Assembly (NCBI GenBank): GCA_002269645.1
Contig: NIVC01003291.1
Location: 1 to 64,000, forward strand
From: Macrostomum lignano
Taxonomy: Eukaryota
Reading direction: 5' to 3'
Length of the DNA stretch: 64,000 bases
Position 1 is the stretch's first letter. Each line of letters opens with the position of its first letter. The position numbers and the translations under genes are program-made. Positions 1-12,699 of this stretch are shown in pieces. A model generated the notes under the pieces. That model searched no databases. It was given only the letters and a program-made list of their open reading frames with translations, and was not told the DNA's origin.

Positions 1-203
1 AAAAACCAGCTGCAACGGGCAAGCTTGAGCGAAGAATTGAAACAAGGCACTGCACGCGCTTATAGCCAGGGAGCGTTTTAAAAATGAAGAGGACAGTCTT
101 TCCTGGAAACTGAAAAAAACTGTCGAGTTTCTCACGTAGAGTTCTTAATCGGGAATAAATTCCTCCACTGAGTATTTCTTCACCTATATTTATCCCCAGA
201 CTC

Positions 204-1099
204 ATTCCCCTGACCGTTTCTCAACCCATATTTAAACCCGGGAAGAAATTCCCGCATGACCGTTTCTCCAGCCATATTTAAACCCGGGGAAGAAATTCCC
301 CACTGACCGTTTCTCCAACCATATTTAAACCCGGGTAAGAAATTCCCCACTGACCGTTTCTCAATCAATATTTAAACCCGGGAGAGAAATTCCCCACTGA
401 CCGTTCTCAATCAATATTTAAACCGGGAGAGAATTCCCCACTGACCGTTTCTCAATCAATATTTAAACCCGGGAAGAAATTCCCCCACTGACCGTTCTCC
501 AGCCTATTTAAACCCGGGAAGAATTCCCACTGACCGTTTCTCCAACCATATTTAAACCCGGAGAGAGAAATTCCCCACTGACCGTTTCTCAATCAATATT
601 TAAACCCGGGAGAAAAATTCCCCACTGACCGTTTCTCAAGCCATATTTAAACCCGGGAAGAAATTCCCCCACTGCTGACAGATAATTCCCCTGCGTTTCT
701 CCAGCATATTTAAACCGGGGAAGAATTCCCCACTGACCGTTTCTCAGCCATATTTAAACCCGGGAAGAAATTCCACCTGACCGTTTCTCCACCCATATTT
801 AAACCCTGGAGAGAAATTCCCCACTGACCGTTTCTTCAACCATATTTAAAACCGGGTAAGAAATTCCCCACTGACCGTTTCTCCAACCATATTTAAAACC
901 GGGGTAAGAAATCCCCACTGACCGTTTCTCCAACCATATTTAAACCCGGGGAAGAAATTCCCCACTGACCGTTTCTCCAACCATATTTAAACCCGGGAAG
1001 AAATTCCCCACTGACCGTTTCTCCAACCATATTTAAACCCGGGGGGAAGAAATTCCCACTGACCGTTTCTCAACCCATTAAATTTTGGGAAGAAATTCC
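204..1099. repeat. ~46-bp minisatellite, ~19 copies (aaattccccactgaccgtttctccaaccatatttaaacccgggaag)
   Basis: Direct tandem repetition with many 1-bp indels. Confidence 0.92.
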
Positions 1100-1582
1100 T
1101 TCTTGACAATGTTCTGCCAGCCGTCTATCCTAAAGAAGCGTCTACTAAATTTAATTTTAAGAAAGATTCTGTTATGACAAATATACAACGCCTACGCTCA
1201 CACGAGACAGCCTAATGCAAGTGTTCAATGGTGCATGTGATCTTTCTAACTTATACTTCAGTATTTTTAGCCTTCTTATAATTATAGAGTACATTGGATG
1301 GGGGGCGGGATTATAGATTAATAGTGAGTTGCCCGCAGTTCGTCACGGCTCCGTGGGCACATGAATTTTTCTATACTAGAAAGTCGGATGGTGATGAAAG
1401 GGAATCGGAATACTCGTACAGCTTATAGGCCTAGCGGCACCGTGTGGAAGCAAATTTGCAGGCTGGTCGGTGCGAATCCGATGAGGATAAATAGGCCACG
1501 TGCGTGCCAGCATGTGCTCTCGCGTCCGCGGGAACCAGGTAGACGGGAGAGCGGTGAGATGAAGAGGGAAAAGGATACAATG

Positions 1583-2222
1583 TGAGGGCAAACAGTAAAG
1601 AAGCGAGAAATATGGAAAGAGAATGAAAGAGAAGGGAGAGAAGGGAGAGACGTAGAGAGAAGAAAGGAGAGACGAGAAAGGAGAGATGGGAGAAAATAGT
1701 GAGAGAAGGGAGGAGAGACAAGGGAGGAGAGAGAAGGGAGGAGAGACAAGGGAGGAGAGAGAGGGAGGAGAGACAAGGGAGAGAGAAGGGAGGAGAGAGA
1801 AGGGAGGAGAGACAAGGAGGAGAGAGATAGAGAGAGAAGGGAAGAGAGAGAGAAGGGAAGAGAGAGAAGGGAGGAGAGAGAAGGGAGGAGAGAGAAGGGA
1901 GGAGAGAGAAGGGAAGAGTGAGAAGGGAGGGGAGAGATGAGAGAGAAGGGAGGAGAGAGATAGAGAGAGAAGGGAGGAGAGAGATAGAGAGAGAAGGGAG
2001 GGGAGAGATAGAGAGAGAAGGAGGGGAGAGATAGAGAGAGAAGGGAGAGAGATAGAGAGAGAAGGGAGGGGAGAGATAGAGAGAGAAGGGAGAGAGATAG
2101 AGAGAGAAGGGAGGGGAGAGATAGAGAGAGAAGGGAGAGAGATAGAGAGAGAAGGGAGAGAGATAGAGAGAGAAGGGAGGGGAGAGATAGAGAGAGAAGG
2201 GAGAGAGATAGAGAGAGAAAGG
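1583..2222. repeat. GA-rich polypurine tract with ~15-24-bp periodic units
   Basis: gagagaagggaggagagata-type repeats. Confidence 0.9.
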
Positions 2223-2250
2223 AACTTAGTCAGGAAAACGCAGAATAAAG

Positions 2251-2677
2251 GGGTCCATGAGAATTGCCCGCAGACGAATTGCCCGCCGAGTTTTTCCCAC
2301 CGAGGTTTGCCCGCAATGCTTTTTTCCTGCAGTGCATTCAGCCACGCGGCAGATTCTGTCTGCATTGCCTCCCCAATGCTTAGTAAGTCTCAATAAAGAG
2401 ATTTACAGCCGATCAAAACGTTTTGATAGTAGCTGCATATAAAATTCATATTTTCTTGTAGGTGTTCTATACACATGCAGGGGTACGAGTACATCGGTGA
2501 GCTATTAATTCATGCAAATGCCATGTCCCCCAAATCTCTTTATTAAGACTTACGCGGTACTAAGCATGGGGGGCAATGCAGACAGAATCTAGCTGCCGTG
2601 GCCAAATGCGCTGCAGGAATAAACATTGCGGGCAAACCTCGGCGGGAAAAATCTCGGCGGGCAAATCTCATGCTCCC
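2251..2677. mobile_element. MITE-like non-autonomous DNA transposon, 427 bp, long TIRs, 8-bp TSD
   Basis: Arms ~2251-2405 and ~2533-2677 are reverse complements. Termini GGGTCCATGAGA / TCTCATGCTCCC. GAATAAAG flanks both sides (2243-2250, 2678-2685). Confidence 0.85.
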
Positions 2678-3267
2678 GAATAAAGAGCAGGAGCGATGCT
2701 TTTTTTCCATATCCTTATTCCTCCTTTGAGATGCACCAGCAGGGTAGCAACAGGTGCGCTATGAGATTCTTCGCAGCCGAGTGCGCAAGAATTTCTGGGA
2801 ATAAAGTCCTCAAATCGGTTTACTTTCAAGTCCTAATTGGGACGCGCGAATTGCTATAATTGGGAAAAAATTATTCTATTAAATTTTCACCTGGTCCCGC
2901 GAATTTGGCCGTGGTTCTCTTCTGTTTTTGCCGCTTTGAAGAATTTGCTGGAAATTTCTCGCTAATTGTCAATAATTGCCTGTTCAGGTGAGCAAGATTT
3001 TGTTTAAATTGAAAAAGAAAGAAAAGCGATTTTGAGAGACTCCATCGTAGCAGCGGCACAGGTGGGAGAGCGGCTAATTGGAAGCGAGTTAAAGACAAGG
3101 CGGCAAACACAGAAAATACAGTCGAAGCTGATTTTTAGCGCACCGACAATTTCGAATAATCACGGCTGCTGTGCATTGGAAGATTCACAGTTGTGAATTC
3201 ACGAAGTTTAACATTTTTATGCAATTTTCTTCGCACACAGTTTATCTGTTTACATAGTTGCTTATGC

Positions 3268-3452
3268 TATTCCCACTTTTGCTATTCACACAGTTGTGTA
3301 TTCAGAGTTGCTATTCACACAGTTGTGTATTCAGAGTTGCTATTCACACAGTTGTGTATTCACACAGTTGTGTATTCACACAGTTGTGTATTCACAGTTG
3401 CTATTCACACAGTTGTCTATTCACACATTTGTCTATTCACAGTTGTGTATTC
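3268..3452. repeat. 16-18-bp repeat (attcacacagttgtgt)
   Basis: Direct repetition. Confidence 0.85.
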
Positions 3453-4035
3453 AGTGGCAAAGGCAGCAATGTAGACGTAGATATTTTTGCCATTTTCAAT
3501 AGCCGAAAAAACAAAGTGAAGGCCAGTACTGGCCTCCTCTTGGCCATGACACAATTGGGATTTGGTAGAGAACGCAGCTCGGGCATAAAAACGATGAGGA
3601 GAGGTTGAACTGTCAATCTAAAAAAACAGTTGCAGTTAGCTTTCAAAAAGCCGTGTTAAACACACCGAGAATCCAGGGTCCCGAGTTTAGGTTCAATCAG
3701 CCTGAAAAGGTTTCCCCTGGCACTTGTTCCGCTTCGCCAGCTTCTCTTTATTGATAGCTCGAGACAAAAACTGATTAAAATGTCGCCCAGCCCAACCCAC
3801 CCATTCTTCTCAATTCTTTTCCTTCTTTGTTTAACTCAATTTGTCGTCCTATTTTTAGATTTGGCAACAAAAACCTGTTGATGGAGGGAGACTCAAAACA
3901 ATATGGGCCTCGCTCTCGACACGGGGTGTGACGCAAAATTAGTTTAAAAATGTCTACAGGATTTACGACCTGGAGTTTGTGCTGTAAGTTTACAGGCTGT
4001 TCTGTCAGTTACAGACTGTGCTGTCAGCATGCTTG

Positions 4036-4072
4036 GCGCAACCTAGGGATTCACCCGGCCGTTTCTATTGGC

Positions 4073-4119
<47 letters not shown>

Positions 4120-4223
4120 GTCGCTATTGGACGGAATAGTAGTCACGTGACTGCTCTCAGTCAATAGCGACTTACATGTGTGTGTTGCCATTAGAAACGG
4201 CCGGGTGATTCCCAAGGTTGCGC
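4036..4223. mobile_element. Palindromic MITE-like hairpin with internal (CA)n
   Basis: gcgcaacctagggattcacccggccgtttcta...catgtaagtcgctattg pairs with caatagcgacttacatg...tagaaacggccgggtgattcccaaggttgcgc. Centre GTCACGTGAC. Confidence 0.7.
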
Positions 4224-4227
4224 ATGT

Positions 4228-5070
4228 ATGGCTGTCAGATAGACAGACTGTACTGTCAGTTAGACAGACTGTGCTGTCAGTTAGACAGGCTGTGCTGTCA
4301 GTTAGACAGGCTGTGCTGTCAGTTAGACAGACTGTGCTGTCAGTTAGACAGACTGTGCTGTCAGTTAGACAGGCTGTGCTGTCAGTTAGACAGACTGTGC
4401 TGTCAGTTAGACATACTGTGCTGTCAGTTAGACAGACTGTGCTGTCAGATAGACAGACTGTGCTGTCAGTTAGACATACTGTGCAGTCAGTTAGACAGAC
4501 TGTACTGTCAGATAGACAGACTGTGCTGTCAGTTAGACAGACTGTGCTGTCAGTTAGACAGACTGTGCTGTCAGTTAGACATACTGTGCTGTCAGTTAGA
4601 AAGGCTGTGCTGTCAGTTAGACAGGCTGTGCTGTCAGTTAGACAGACTGTGCTGTCAGTTAGAGAGACTGTGCTGTCAGATAGACAGACTGTGCTGTCAG
4701 TTAGACAGACTGTGCTGTCAGTTAGACAGACTGTGCTGTCAGTTAGACAGACTGTGCTGTCAGTTAGACATACTGTGCTGTCAGTTAGACAGGCTGTGCT
4801 GTCAGTTAGACAGGCTGTGCTGTCAGTTAGAGAGACTGTGCTGTCAGATAGACAGACTGTGCTGTCAGTTAGACAGACTGTGCTGTCAGTTAGACAGACT
4901 GTGCTGTCAGTTAGACAGACTGTGCTGTCAGTTAGACAGGCTGTGCTGTCAGATAGACAGGCTGTGCTGTCAGATAGACAGACTGTGCTGTCAGTTAGAC
5001 AGACTGTGCTGTCAGTTAGACAGGCTGTGCTGTCAGATAGACAGGCTGTGCTGTCAGATAGACAGGCTGT
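4228..5070. repeat. 21-bp minisatellite, ~40 copies (gtcagttagacagactgtgct)
   Basis: Direct repetition; explains ORFs 4051..5157, 4178..5077 and 4218..5141. Confidence 0.95.
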
Positions 5071-5695
5071 TAAATAGCACAGAAACAGAAGGGAATTATC
5101 GCAAAAATTCGTTAAAAAAATTTTTACTGGCAATCTTGTAAATTGGTCTGGGAGCAATTAGAAAGTAAAAATAAAATAATTTGCAATACAGATTTCGAAA
5201 CGACTGCGACAGCTGCATAAACAGCATCTAATTGAACTTAATTGGCTCGCTAGCCAAGCCAGCAGTCCGATTATCTTTGAAGTTGACTTAAAAGAAATTT
5301 GGCGACAAAGAACGCAGCAACGAACACGAAATAAATTGTTGTTTATTCTTTCAAACAGCTCTCAGACATCAGGAAGGGAGATAGAGACAGAGCCGCCTCT
5401 TTCACCCATCCTCTCTCGCTCTGCGTCAGAACAGCTTCTTTATTTAAACATCATTTTCCAGTTTTGTCAAACACCGAGTGTGAATCTCGAGAGGGAAACA
5501 GTGGATTTAATTTATCAATTTGAACCAAGAAGACAGACTGCCTGGGTTAAAGAGAATAACAACAACAAATCGACGATTTGCAAGCCGGCGTTGCTCCTAA
5601 AGAGAATCAGCTTTCAAATAAACATGCTTTTAAATAATTGCTTTCAAGATGATTACATATGTCTGGTTGGAAAATCATAGCTAGGATGTTAAAGA

Positions 5696-5875
5696 CAAGA
5701 GAGACAGAGACAGGGAGAGGGAGAGAGAGAGGGAGAGAGAGATACAGAGGGAGACGGAGAAAGAGAGAGAGAAGGAGGGAGAGAGGAGGGAGAGAGAGGC
5801 AGACGGAGAGAGAAAGAGAGAGGGAGAGGGAGAGAGAAAGAGAGAGGAAGAGAGGGAGAGAGGGAGAGGCAGACG

Positions 5876-5953
<78 letters not shown>

Positions 5954-6066
5954 AGAGAGACGGAGAGAGAGAGAGAGAGAGAGAGAGAAACGGAGAGAGA
6001 GAGGAAGATAGAGAGAGAGAGAGGGAGAGAGAGGGAGAGAGAGAGACGGAGAGAGAGAGAGAGATG

Positions 6067-6129
<63 letters not shown>

Positions 6130-6402
6130 GGAGAGAGAGAGAGAGAGAGAGAGACGGAGAGAGAGAGAGGAAGAGAGGGAGAGAGGGAGAGGGAGAGAGA
6201 GAGAGAGAGAGAGACGGAGAGAGAGAGAGGAAGAGAGGGAGAGAGGGAGAGGGAGAGAGAGAGAGGGAGACGGGGGGAGAAAGATGAAGAGAGGGAGAGG
6301 GAAAGGGAGAGGGAAAGGGAGAAAGAAAGACGGAGAGAGAGGAGAGAGATACACAGGGAGAGAGGGAGAGGGAGAGAGAGGGAGAGAGGGAGAGAGAGAG
6401 GG
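5696..6402. repeat. (GA)n-rich simple repeat downstream of eIF2-gamma
   Basis: Long GA runs. Confidence 0.95.
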
Positions 6403-6561
6403 TAGACCCCGAAAAGGCAAAACCGTTAATGACTGCAAAAAAATTGGGAGACAGAGCAGCAGCAGCGGTGTGCCAAGGCGCTCACTCCATTAAGCTGAAT
6501 GCCTACCCCCGGACTCCCAGCCCACAAATGGAAACACAACACACAGGGTCAGTCAGGTAAT

Positions 6562-6789
6562 TCATTCCACAACTTTAATAGGCGAGCCCTTTCTAATCTG
6601 ACCCCAGCCGATCAGCCTCCAGTGCTTGTCAACGCGGCGCGACAGGGCGATCTTCTCGCCAATCTCAGTGCACACTGGCTGGTTGAGCGCGATGCGGGCC
6701 AGGTCGTTTTTAACTGCAATCACCCGGCAACCGGTGGACAGGGAGCCAATGTTCACCATCAGCAGCTCCGCCTTGGCTAGCTTTTGCAC
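6562..6789 (-). CDS. EIF2S3: eIF2-gamma exon 3 (VQKLAKAE...IKVVE*)
   Basis: Acceptor tcgcag|GTG. Domain III motifs LMVNIGS and WRLIGWG. TGA at 6562-6564. Confidence 0.93.
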   Translation of the reverse strand: MQKLAKAELLMVNIGSLSTGCRVIAVKNDLARIALNQPVCTEIGEKIALSRRVDKHWRLIGWGQIRKGSPIKVVE

Positions 6790-9416
6790 CTGCGATTCAT
6801 TTTTTAGGGGGGGGGGCAGATAAGCGTTAAAAATCACAGTGGATGGACATGGACACCTAAGTCAAAAAACCTAACTAAATCTAAACTCTCTAGGTGCTAG
6901 TAACCTAACCTAAATAAACCTAAAAAATCTGAGTTCTGGTAACAAAACCTAAAAATATTCGTCACTAGCAATACAACCTAAATAAACCTAAAAATATTGG
7001 TCACTGGCAATACAACCTAAATAAACCTAAAAATATTGGTCACTGGCAATACAACCAAAATAAACCTAAAAATATTGGTCACTGGCAATACAACCTAAAT
7101 AAACCTAAAAATATTGGTCACTGGCAATACAACCAAAATAAACCTAAAAATATTGGTCACTGGCAATACAACCAAAATAAACCTAAAAATATTGGTCACT
7201 GGCAATACAACCTAAATAAACCTAAAAATATTGGTCACTGGCAATACAACCTAAATAAACCTAAACAAACTGATTACTGGTAAGCCAACCTAAGTAAAAC
7301 TTTGAAAATGGGTGATGGTAACCCAAACTAAATAAACCTAAAAAATCTAAGTGCTGGTAACCCAAAAGAAACCTAAAAATCTAGGTACTGGTTACCCAAA
7401 CTAAATCAACCTAAAAATCCAGGTGCTGGAAGCCCAAACTAAATAAACCTAAAAATATAGGTACTGGTTACCCAAACTAAATAAACCTAAAAATATAGGT
7501 ACTGGTTACCCAAACTAAATAAACCTAAAAATCTAGGTGCTGGTAGCCCAAACTAAATAAACCTAAAAATCCAGGTGCTGGTAAACAAAGCTAAATAAAC
7601 CTAAACAATCCTGGGTTCAGGCAAATTAACCTGTTGTTGGCAACCCTGTCACAGACCACCCCAACAAACCTTGGCGCCTTTCTTGTCACCCTCGGTTCGA
7701 ACGCCAAGCAGCCGGCGCAACAGAAAGAAGCTGATCTCCAGTTCGATGTAGATGCTTGGCAAAGTGCCAACAGCGCCTAGAACCATGCCAATCATGCGAT
7801 CGGCCCGGCACAGAGTGGGATCAACCATGGTGCCAACTCCGATCAGGCCGCCGGGAACGGCGAACTGCAAATCGTTGCGCTCGGTGTACAGCGACACGAT
7901 TCGGGACAGGATCGGCCGGCAGGTCATGCGGCCCTCGGCGCCCTTGGAGATGATGCCCGGCCGGACTTCGATCTCCTGGCCAACGCGAAGGACGCCGCGA
8001 AGGACGGAGCCGCCGGCTACGCCACCTTTTAAATCGTCAACTTCCGAGCCTGGATTGACGTAAATGATTTTATATTAGCATGCGCTTGGCTAACTACTCA
8101 GTCCGGGAAGGATATGATGAACATTTCTAATTATTTTAAAGCATAAAAAATTAAAAACTGATAGCTAATGTAAAAGTATTCCCCAAGATGTGGAGGGATC
8201 TCGTGAGTCTGGGAGTCTGGCCCAGCAACTGAGGATCTGGAAGTCTGGTTCAGCAACTGAGGATCTGGAAGTCTGGTTCAGCAACTGAGGATCTGGAAGT
8301 CTGGTTCAGCAACTGAGGATCTGAGAGGCTGGCCCAGCAACTGAGGATCTGGGAGGCTGGCTCAGCAACTGAGGATCTGGGAGGCTGGCTCAGCAACTGA
8401 GGATCTGGGAGTCTGGCCAAGCAACTGAGGATCTGGGAGGCTGGCCAAGCAACTGAGGATTTGGGAGGCTGGCCAAGCAACTGAGGATCTGGGAGGCTGG
8501 CCCAGCAACTGAGGATCTGAGAGGGTGGCCCAGCAACTGAGGATCTGGGAGGCTGGCCCAGCAACTGAGGATCTGAGAGGGTGGCCCAGCAACTGAGGAT
8601 CTGGGAGGCTGTGAAAGAATCAGCAATCAGATAAGAAACTAACCAACCTGGCTTATTAACATCGAAACTGCGAATAACGATAAGCCTGGGGCTAGTGAAA
8701 TCGCGCAGCGGCACGGGCACGTGGCGGCAGATGTACTCGCACACCACGTCGATGTTGTAGCCAAGCTGGGCGGAGATCGGCACCACGGGGCTGCCGTCAG
8801 CCACGGTGCCCTTGATGAAGTCCAAAATAGCCTCATACTGATTCTGGGCCTCCTGCTCTTTAATCAGATCGATTTTATTTTGCAAAATCAGCAGATGACG
8901 CAGTCGCATAATTTCAACGGCGGCCAGGTGCTCGGAGGTCTGAGGCTGCGGACAGGCCTCGTTGCCAGCGATTAGCAGCAAAGCGGCGTCCATAACGGCG
9001 GCTCCGTTCAGCATGGTAGCCATGAGGATGTCGTGGCCGGGACAGTCAACAAAGGAGACGTGGCGTTGCACCCGGAACCGGCCGGAACAGCCGGGCCGGT
9101 CGCAGGGAAAGTCGTCCGGATGTGCGGAGCCTTTGCTCCGATAGCAGCCGGGCTTAGGGCACAGCTGATTGTCGCAGCGGTAGATTTTTGCATTAGCGTA
9201 GCCCAGCTTAATGGTGATGTTGCGGACCAGTTCGTTCTTGTGCCGGATTGTGTGCACGCCGGAGATGGCCTTCACCACTGTGGTCTTGCCGTGGGCCACG
9301 TGACCAATGGTGCCGATATTGATTGTGGCCTGACGGCTAATCACCTCGGGAGTTAGCGGGGTGAGCTTGCTCACATCCAATTTCTCTATATCTTGGACTG
9401 CTAAGTTGTCAGCCAT
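6562..9416 (-). CDS. EIF2S3: Translation initiation factor 2 subunit gamma; gene model complement(join(6562..6789,7670..8049,8648..9416)), ~458 aa
   Basis: G1 GHVAHGKT, G3 DCPGH and G4 NKID motifs; [15 protein letters not shown]; C-terminal [17 protein letters not shown]. Two GT-AG introns with matching phases (1, 0). Confidence 0.96.
6885..7605. repeat. ~39-bp AT-rich minisatellite in eIF2-gamma intron 2
   Basis: aacctaaataaacctaaaaatattggtcactggcaatac, with a diverged variant block. Confidence 0.9.
7670..8049 (-). CDS. EIF2S3: eIF2-gamma exon 2 ([15 protein letters not shown]...DKKGAK)
   Basis: Acceptor atccag|GC (phase 1), donor AAG|[15 protein letters not shown] and DPTLCRADR motifs. 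Confidence 0.93.
8205..8610. repeat. 28-bp minisatellite in eIF2-gamma intron 1
   Basis: cagcaactgaggatctgggaggctggcc, ~14 copies. Confidence 0.93.
8648..9416 (-). CDS. EIF2S3: eIF2-gamma exon 1 (ATG to ...SFDVNKP/G)
   Basis: ORF 8250..9416 matches the GTPase domain up to VNKPG. Donor AAGCCAG|GTTGGT; beyond it the ORF runs into a 28-bp repeat. Confidence 0.93.
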
Positions 9417-11107
9417 AGTGCTCGCCGTTTAGTGTGCGCTTGTTGCTGTAGCGGTTGAAAGTTGCATGAATTTCAAAATCATTTGAAATGTCAAATGCTA
9501 CTATTAGTAGTTCAAGTCCCAGCTAGTTCTTAGCTTTCTGTTGACGAATATATTGTACTTTTTTCTTATTACAGTTTCTTAAAGTCAAGTGAAATATCCA
9601 ACATCTCTAGCTTACATTTTATAATGACTGAGCCTCTCTGACCCACAAAAGTTGCAGAAGTCTTAAAATCCTGAGCATCCAAATAATTATATTTCTTAAC
9701 TCAAATGAAATATGAACTACAGAAAATATAGAACCATTAATTTTAAGAGTATTTGAATATTTCATGGTCTAGACAAACCACTTCACTACTTATTAGTCAA
9801 TTGTCAGTAGTGCTAATTGATGGTTAAATGAGTTTATTCTAGATAAATTTATGATTAAACTATGTGGAATGTCTAGCTATACTCACTGTTGGAAGCACAT
9901 GGTATTTAATATCTAGTCATTTTCCTTTTAGCAGCCTTAAACCAATAGGCATGCATCTTCTTGTCCAATGAAATGTGCCCAGACCAAATTCCAACCCCAC
10001 CCCTCCAAGTTTATAGGAATCAGTATTCTTGATCCATGTTACAAGCATATGTTAACTTGATTCTTAATGTTCCACTTTTCTTAAACAACCTAAAGCCTCA
10101 AACTTCAAAGCCTCCTAAAGCCTAAGTACTCAATCTGAGCACAAAGTGCTAGCAACTGCTTAAGCACCCATCTTTTCTCAAGACATGCTGTATATTATGT
10201 AATCTGTAATTCTCTCATTTTTTAGCTACAAGTCCACAATCCTTAATATTCTTATCTTTTCAAACACAAACTTCTTAGTCTATTAATTCCCTAATTTTTA
10301 TCTGTCCTTTATCCTTTCCCTTTACTTATGAGCCACAACACCAATATTCAACTCTTGACTTATTCCAAAGCTTTGCCCCATATCAAAGCAACTATTTAGT
10401 ATTTGGATTATCAACTTTCTAATTCTGATTTGAACCACATATTCAGTTGATTTAATTTCATTTTAAAGATTCCAAATATTTGTTCTATCTCTATATCATG
10501 ACATCTTAGATTTAGATCCCTAATTCCAAATTGATACCTTGTTAATTCTAAGATTAATGTCAACTTACCAAACCTCTAACAAATCAAATTATCAAAAACT
10601 AGAATAGAAAGAAAAACCATCAATGTCAAATTGAAACCATTTTTTGTTTGAATGCAAACAAAAAAAATATATTTCTAAAATTTGAAATTAGGCCTAGTTT
10701 TTTTGTCTTTTAAGAGTTTTTAAGACATTTGATAGTTAAGTTTATTAAGTATAACTATAAAACAAGTGACAAATAGCAATGAACATGAATAAGCAATGAA
10801 TTGTTTTGACACATGAAAAAAACAACCAGTTCAAATTTGAAAAAACCAATTAAAATACCAATAATACTAAGTAGGCCTATATCAATATTATGCCTATCTT
10901 ACTATTTATTAGGCCTAGTTATTTTCCAATAGTGTTAATTGATTATTTGAATGAATTCATTATATAGGGCCTATAAATTGCTATTAATGCAATTATAATT
11001 ATAGACTTACTATTATATCGGTAAAAATTTTGGTAAAGCCATGAATTGCAATAAAATTAAAATTATTTATTTTTACTCATTGTTAGAAACATATGCTAGC
11101 CCCCCCC

Positions 11108-11466
11108 AGGGTTTTTTTGTGTACAGTGTGCGTATGCACCCTAAATTTTAAAATCGCACCTTGAAATTAAAAAAGTAGGTGCGGTTTAGGTGCAGTCTTA
11201 TAACCATTTTTCTTTAAAGGCTTAACTATGCTTAAGCTATTTTTTATGCAGTACCTAAAAATATAAAACAAAATAACTCTTTAAATCCTATTAAGTCATA
11301 TAGGCGATATAGCCTATGGCTATAGCCTTATGTAAGATATTAAAATATATATTCCCAGTTGTCTGAAACAAGACTCAAGAGAAATTGCACTCTGAGCCTT
11401 AAAATCGCACCTTGAAATTTGGCACAAGGTGCGATTTCGCACCTTGTCTCTGGCGAAAAAAACCCA
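11108..11466. mobile_element. MITE-like insertion with short TIRs (AGGGTTTTTTT...AAAAAAACCCA) and 9-bp flanking duplication GCCCCCCCC
   Basis: Flanks 11099-11107 and 11467-11475 are identical. Internal aaatcgcaccttg subrepeats. The paralogous segment near 9880-9915 lacks the insertion. Confidence 0.65.
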
Positions 11467-12699
11467 GCCCCCCCCTATTTAATATCTAGCTCTATTCTCT
11501 TATAGCAGCCTTTAATCAATAGGCTTGCATCTTTATTTCTTGTCCAATAAAATATACTTAGAAGTCTAGAACTAAAACATATGCCAATCCTATCTTTTTG
11601 AGTTGATAAAAATCAGTAGGCCTATCTATAAATATATCTATAAACTTAATTCTAAATTTTCTGTGTCTCATAAAGCTTTAAATCTAAGCACAACATACTT
11701 GTAACTATTTAACCATCCTTTGCCCTTTCTAAAAATATACTATATGTTATCTTATCTTTAATTGCTTCTTTTTATTTTTAAGCCATAAACCTATAAAACC
11801 TAATATTTTCAACTCTTCAAATTCAAACTCTTTAGTCTTCTATTCCTTTTGAACCTAAAGCCTTCTCAAACTTGAATACAACATAGTAAATTATTATGCT
11901 AAGTATTCTCTATTTCAAAATATAATTATCTCTAATTCCTAATTTTAAACTTTTCAATTGATGCCATTTAGGCTCTAGTCTAATAGGCTTATCCTGTTTA
12001 TGAAAATAGAGTATAGCTATAGGGCCTATTTTTATTATTTTCTTTTCTTTTTAGGCTTTTTTATTCATTTTATTCTGTTGCTTTTATTGAATATATTATC
12101 ATCCCATTAAAATTTTTATTTTTAATGTGTTTTTTTCAACAATAATTTAGACTAGGCCTAAGCCTAATTTTTGCATTTTTTAGTTTAAAACAAATAATAT
12201 TATACAATATATAAAGACAAATCTTTTGAATTGCCCAGTTTTTAAATAACTTTCATATTATACCTAATCCCAGCCTAATTTTCTAAGCCTTAGTACTGCT
12301 GTCAAAATAAATTAAGTGTTTATACAGGGCTCAGGCAAAATATTGACAAAGCCTAGGTCTACTAAATCATTTTTTGATTTCAATGCCAATGGCATTAATG
12401 ACAGTGTCAATTGTTAAATTTATTTTATTTTGTCAAATAAGCCAGAGATTTTAGGCCTAGGCCTAGTGAGATACCTAACTGTGCTGTGTGTGCATGAACT
12501 TGAAGAAAGAAAATTTGAAAAAAAGTAGTTTTTTGTTAGGCCTAATTTATAACTTTGCAAAGCAATAATATAGATTATAGAATAAAAGCTAATTTTTTAA
12601 TTCGAAATTAAAAATTATAGAGAAAGAAAATCGGACTGTTAAATTATAATGTTAAATTTAATACTAGGGCCAAGTTGCCTATTTTCACTATGATTACTA

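Noticed and set aside
8250-8647. C-terminal extension of the eIF2-gamma ORF ([10 protein letters not shown]...QILSC)
   Set aside because: Read-through into intron 1 and its 28-bp repeat. The conserved protein resumes at 8049.
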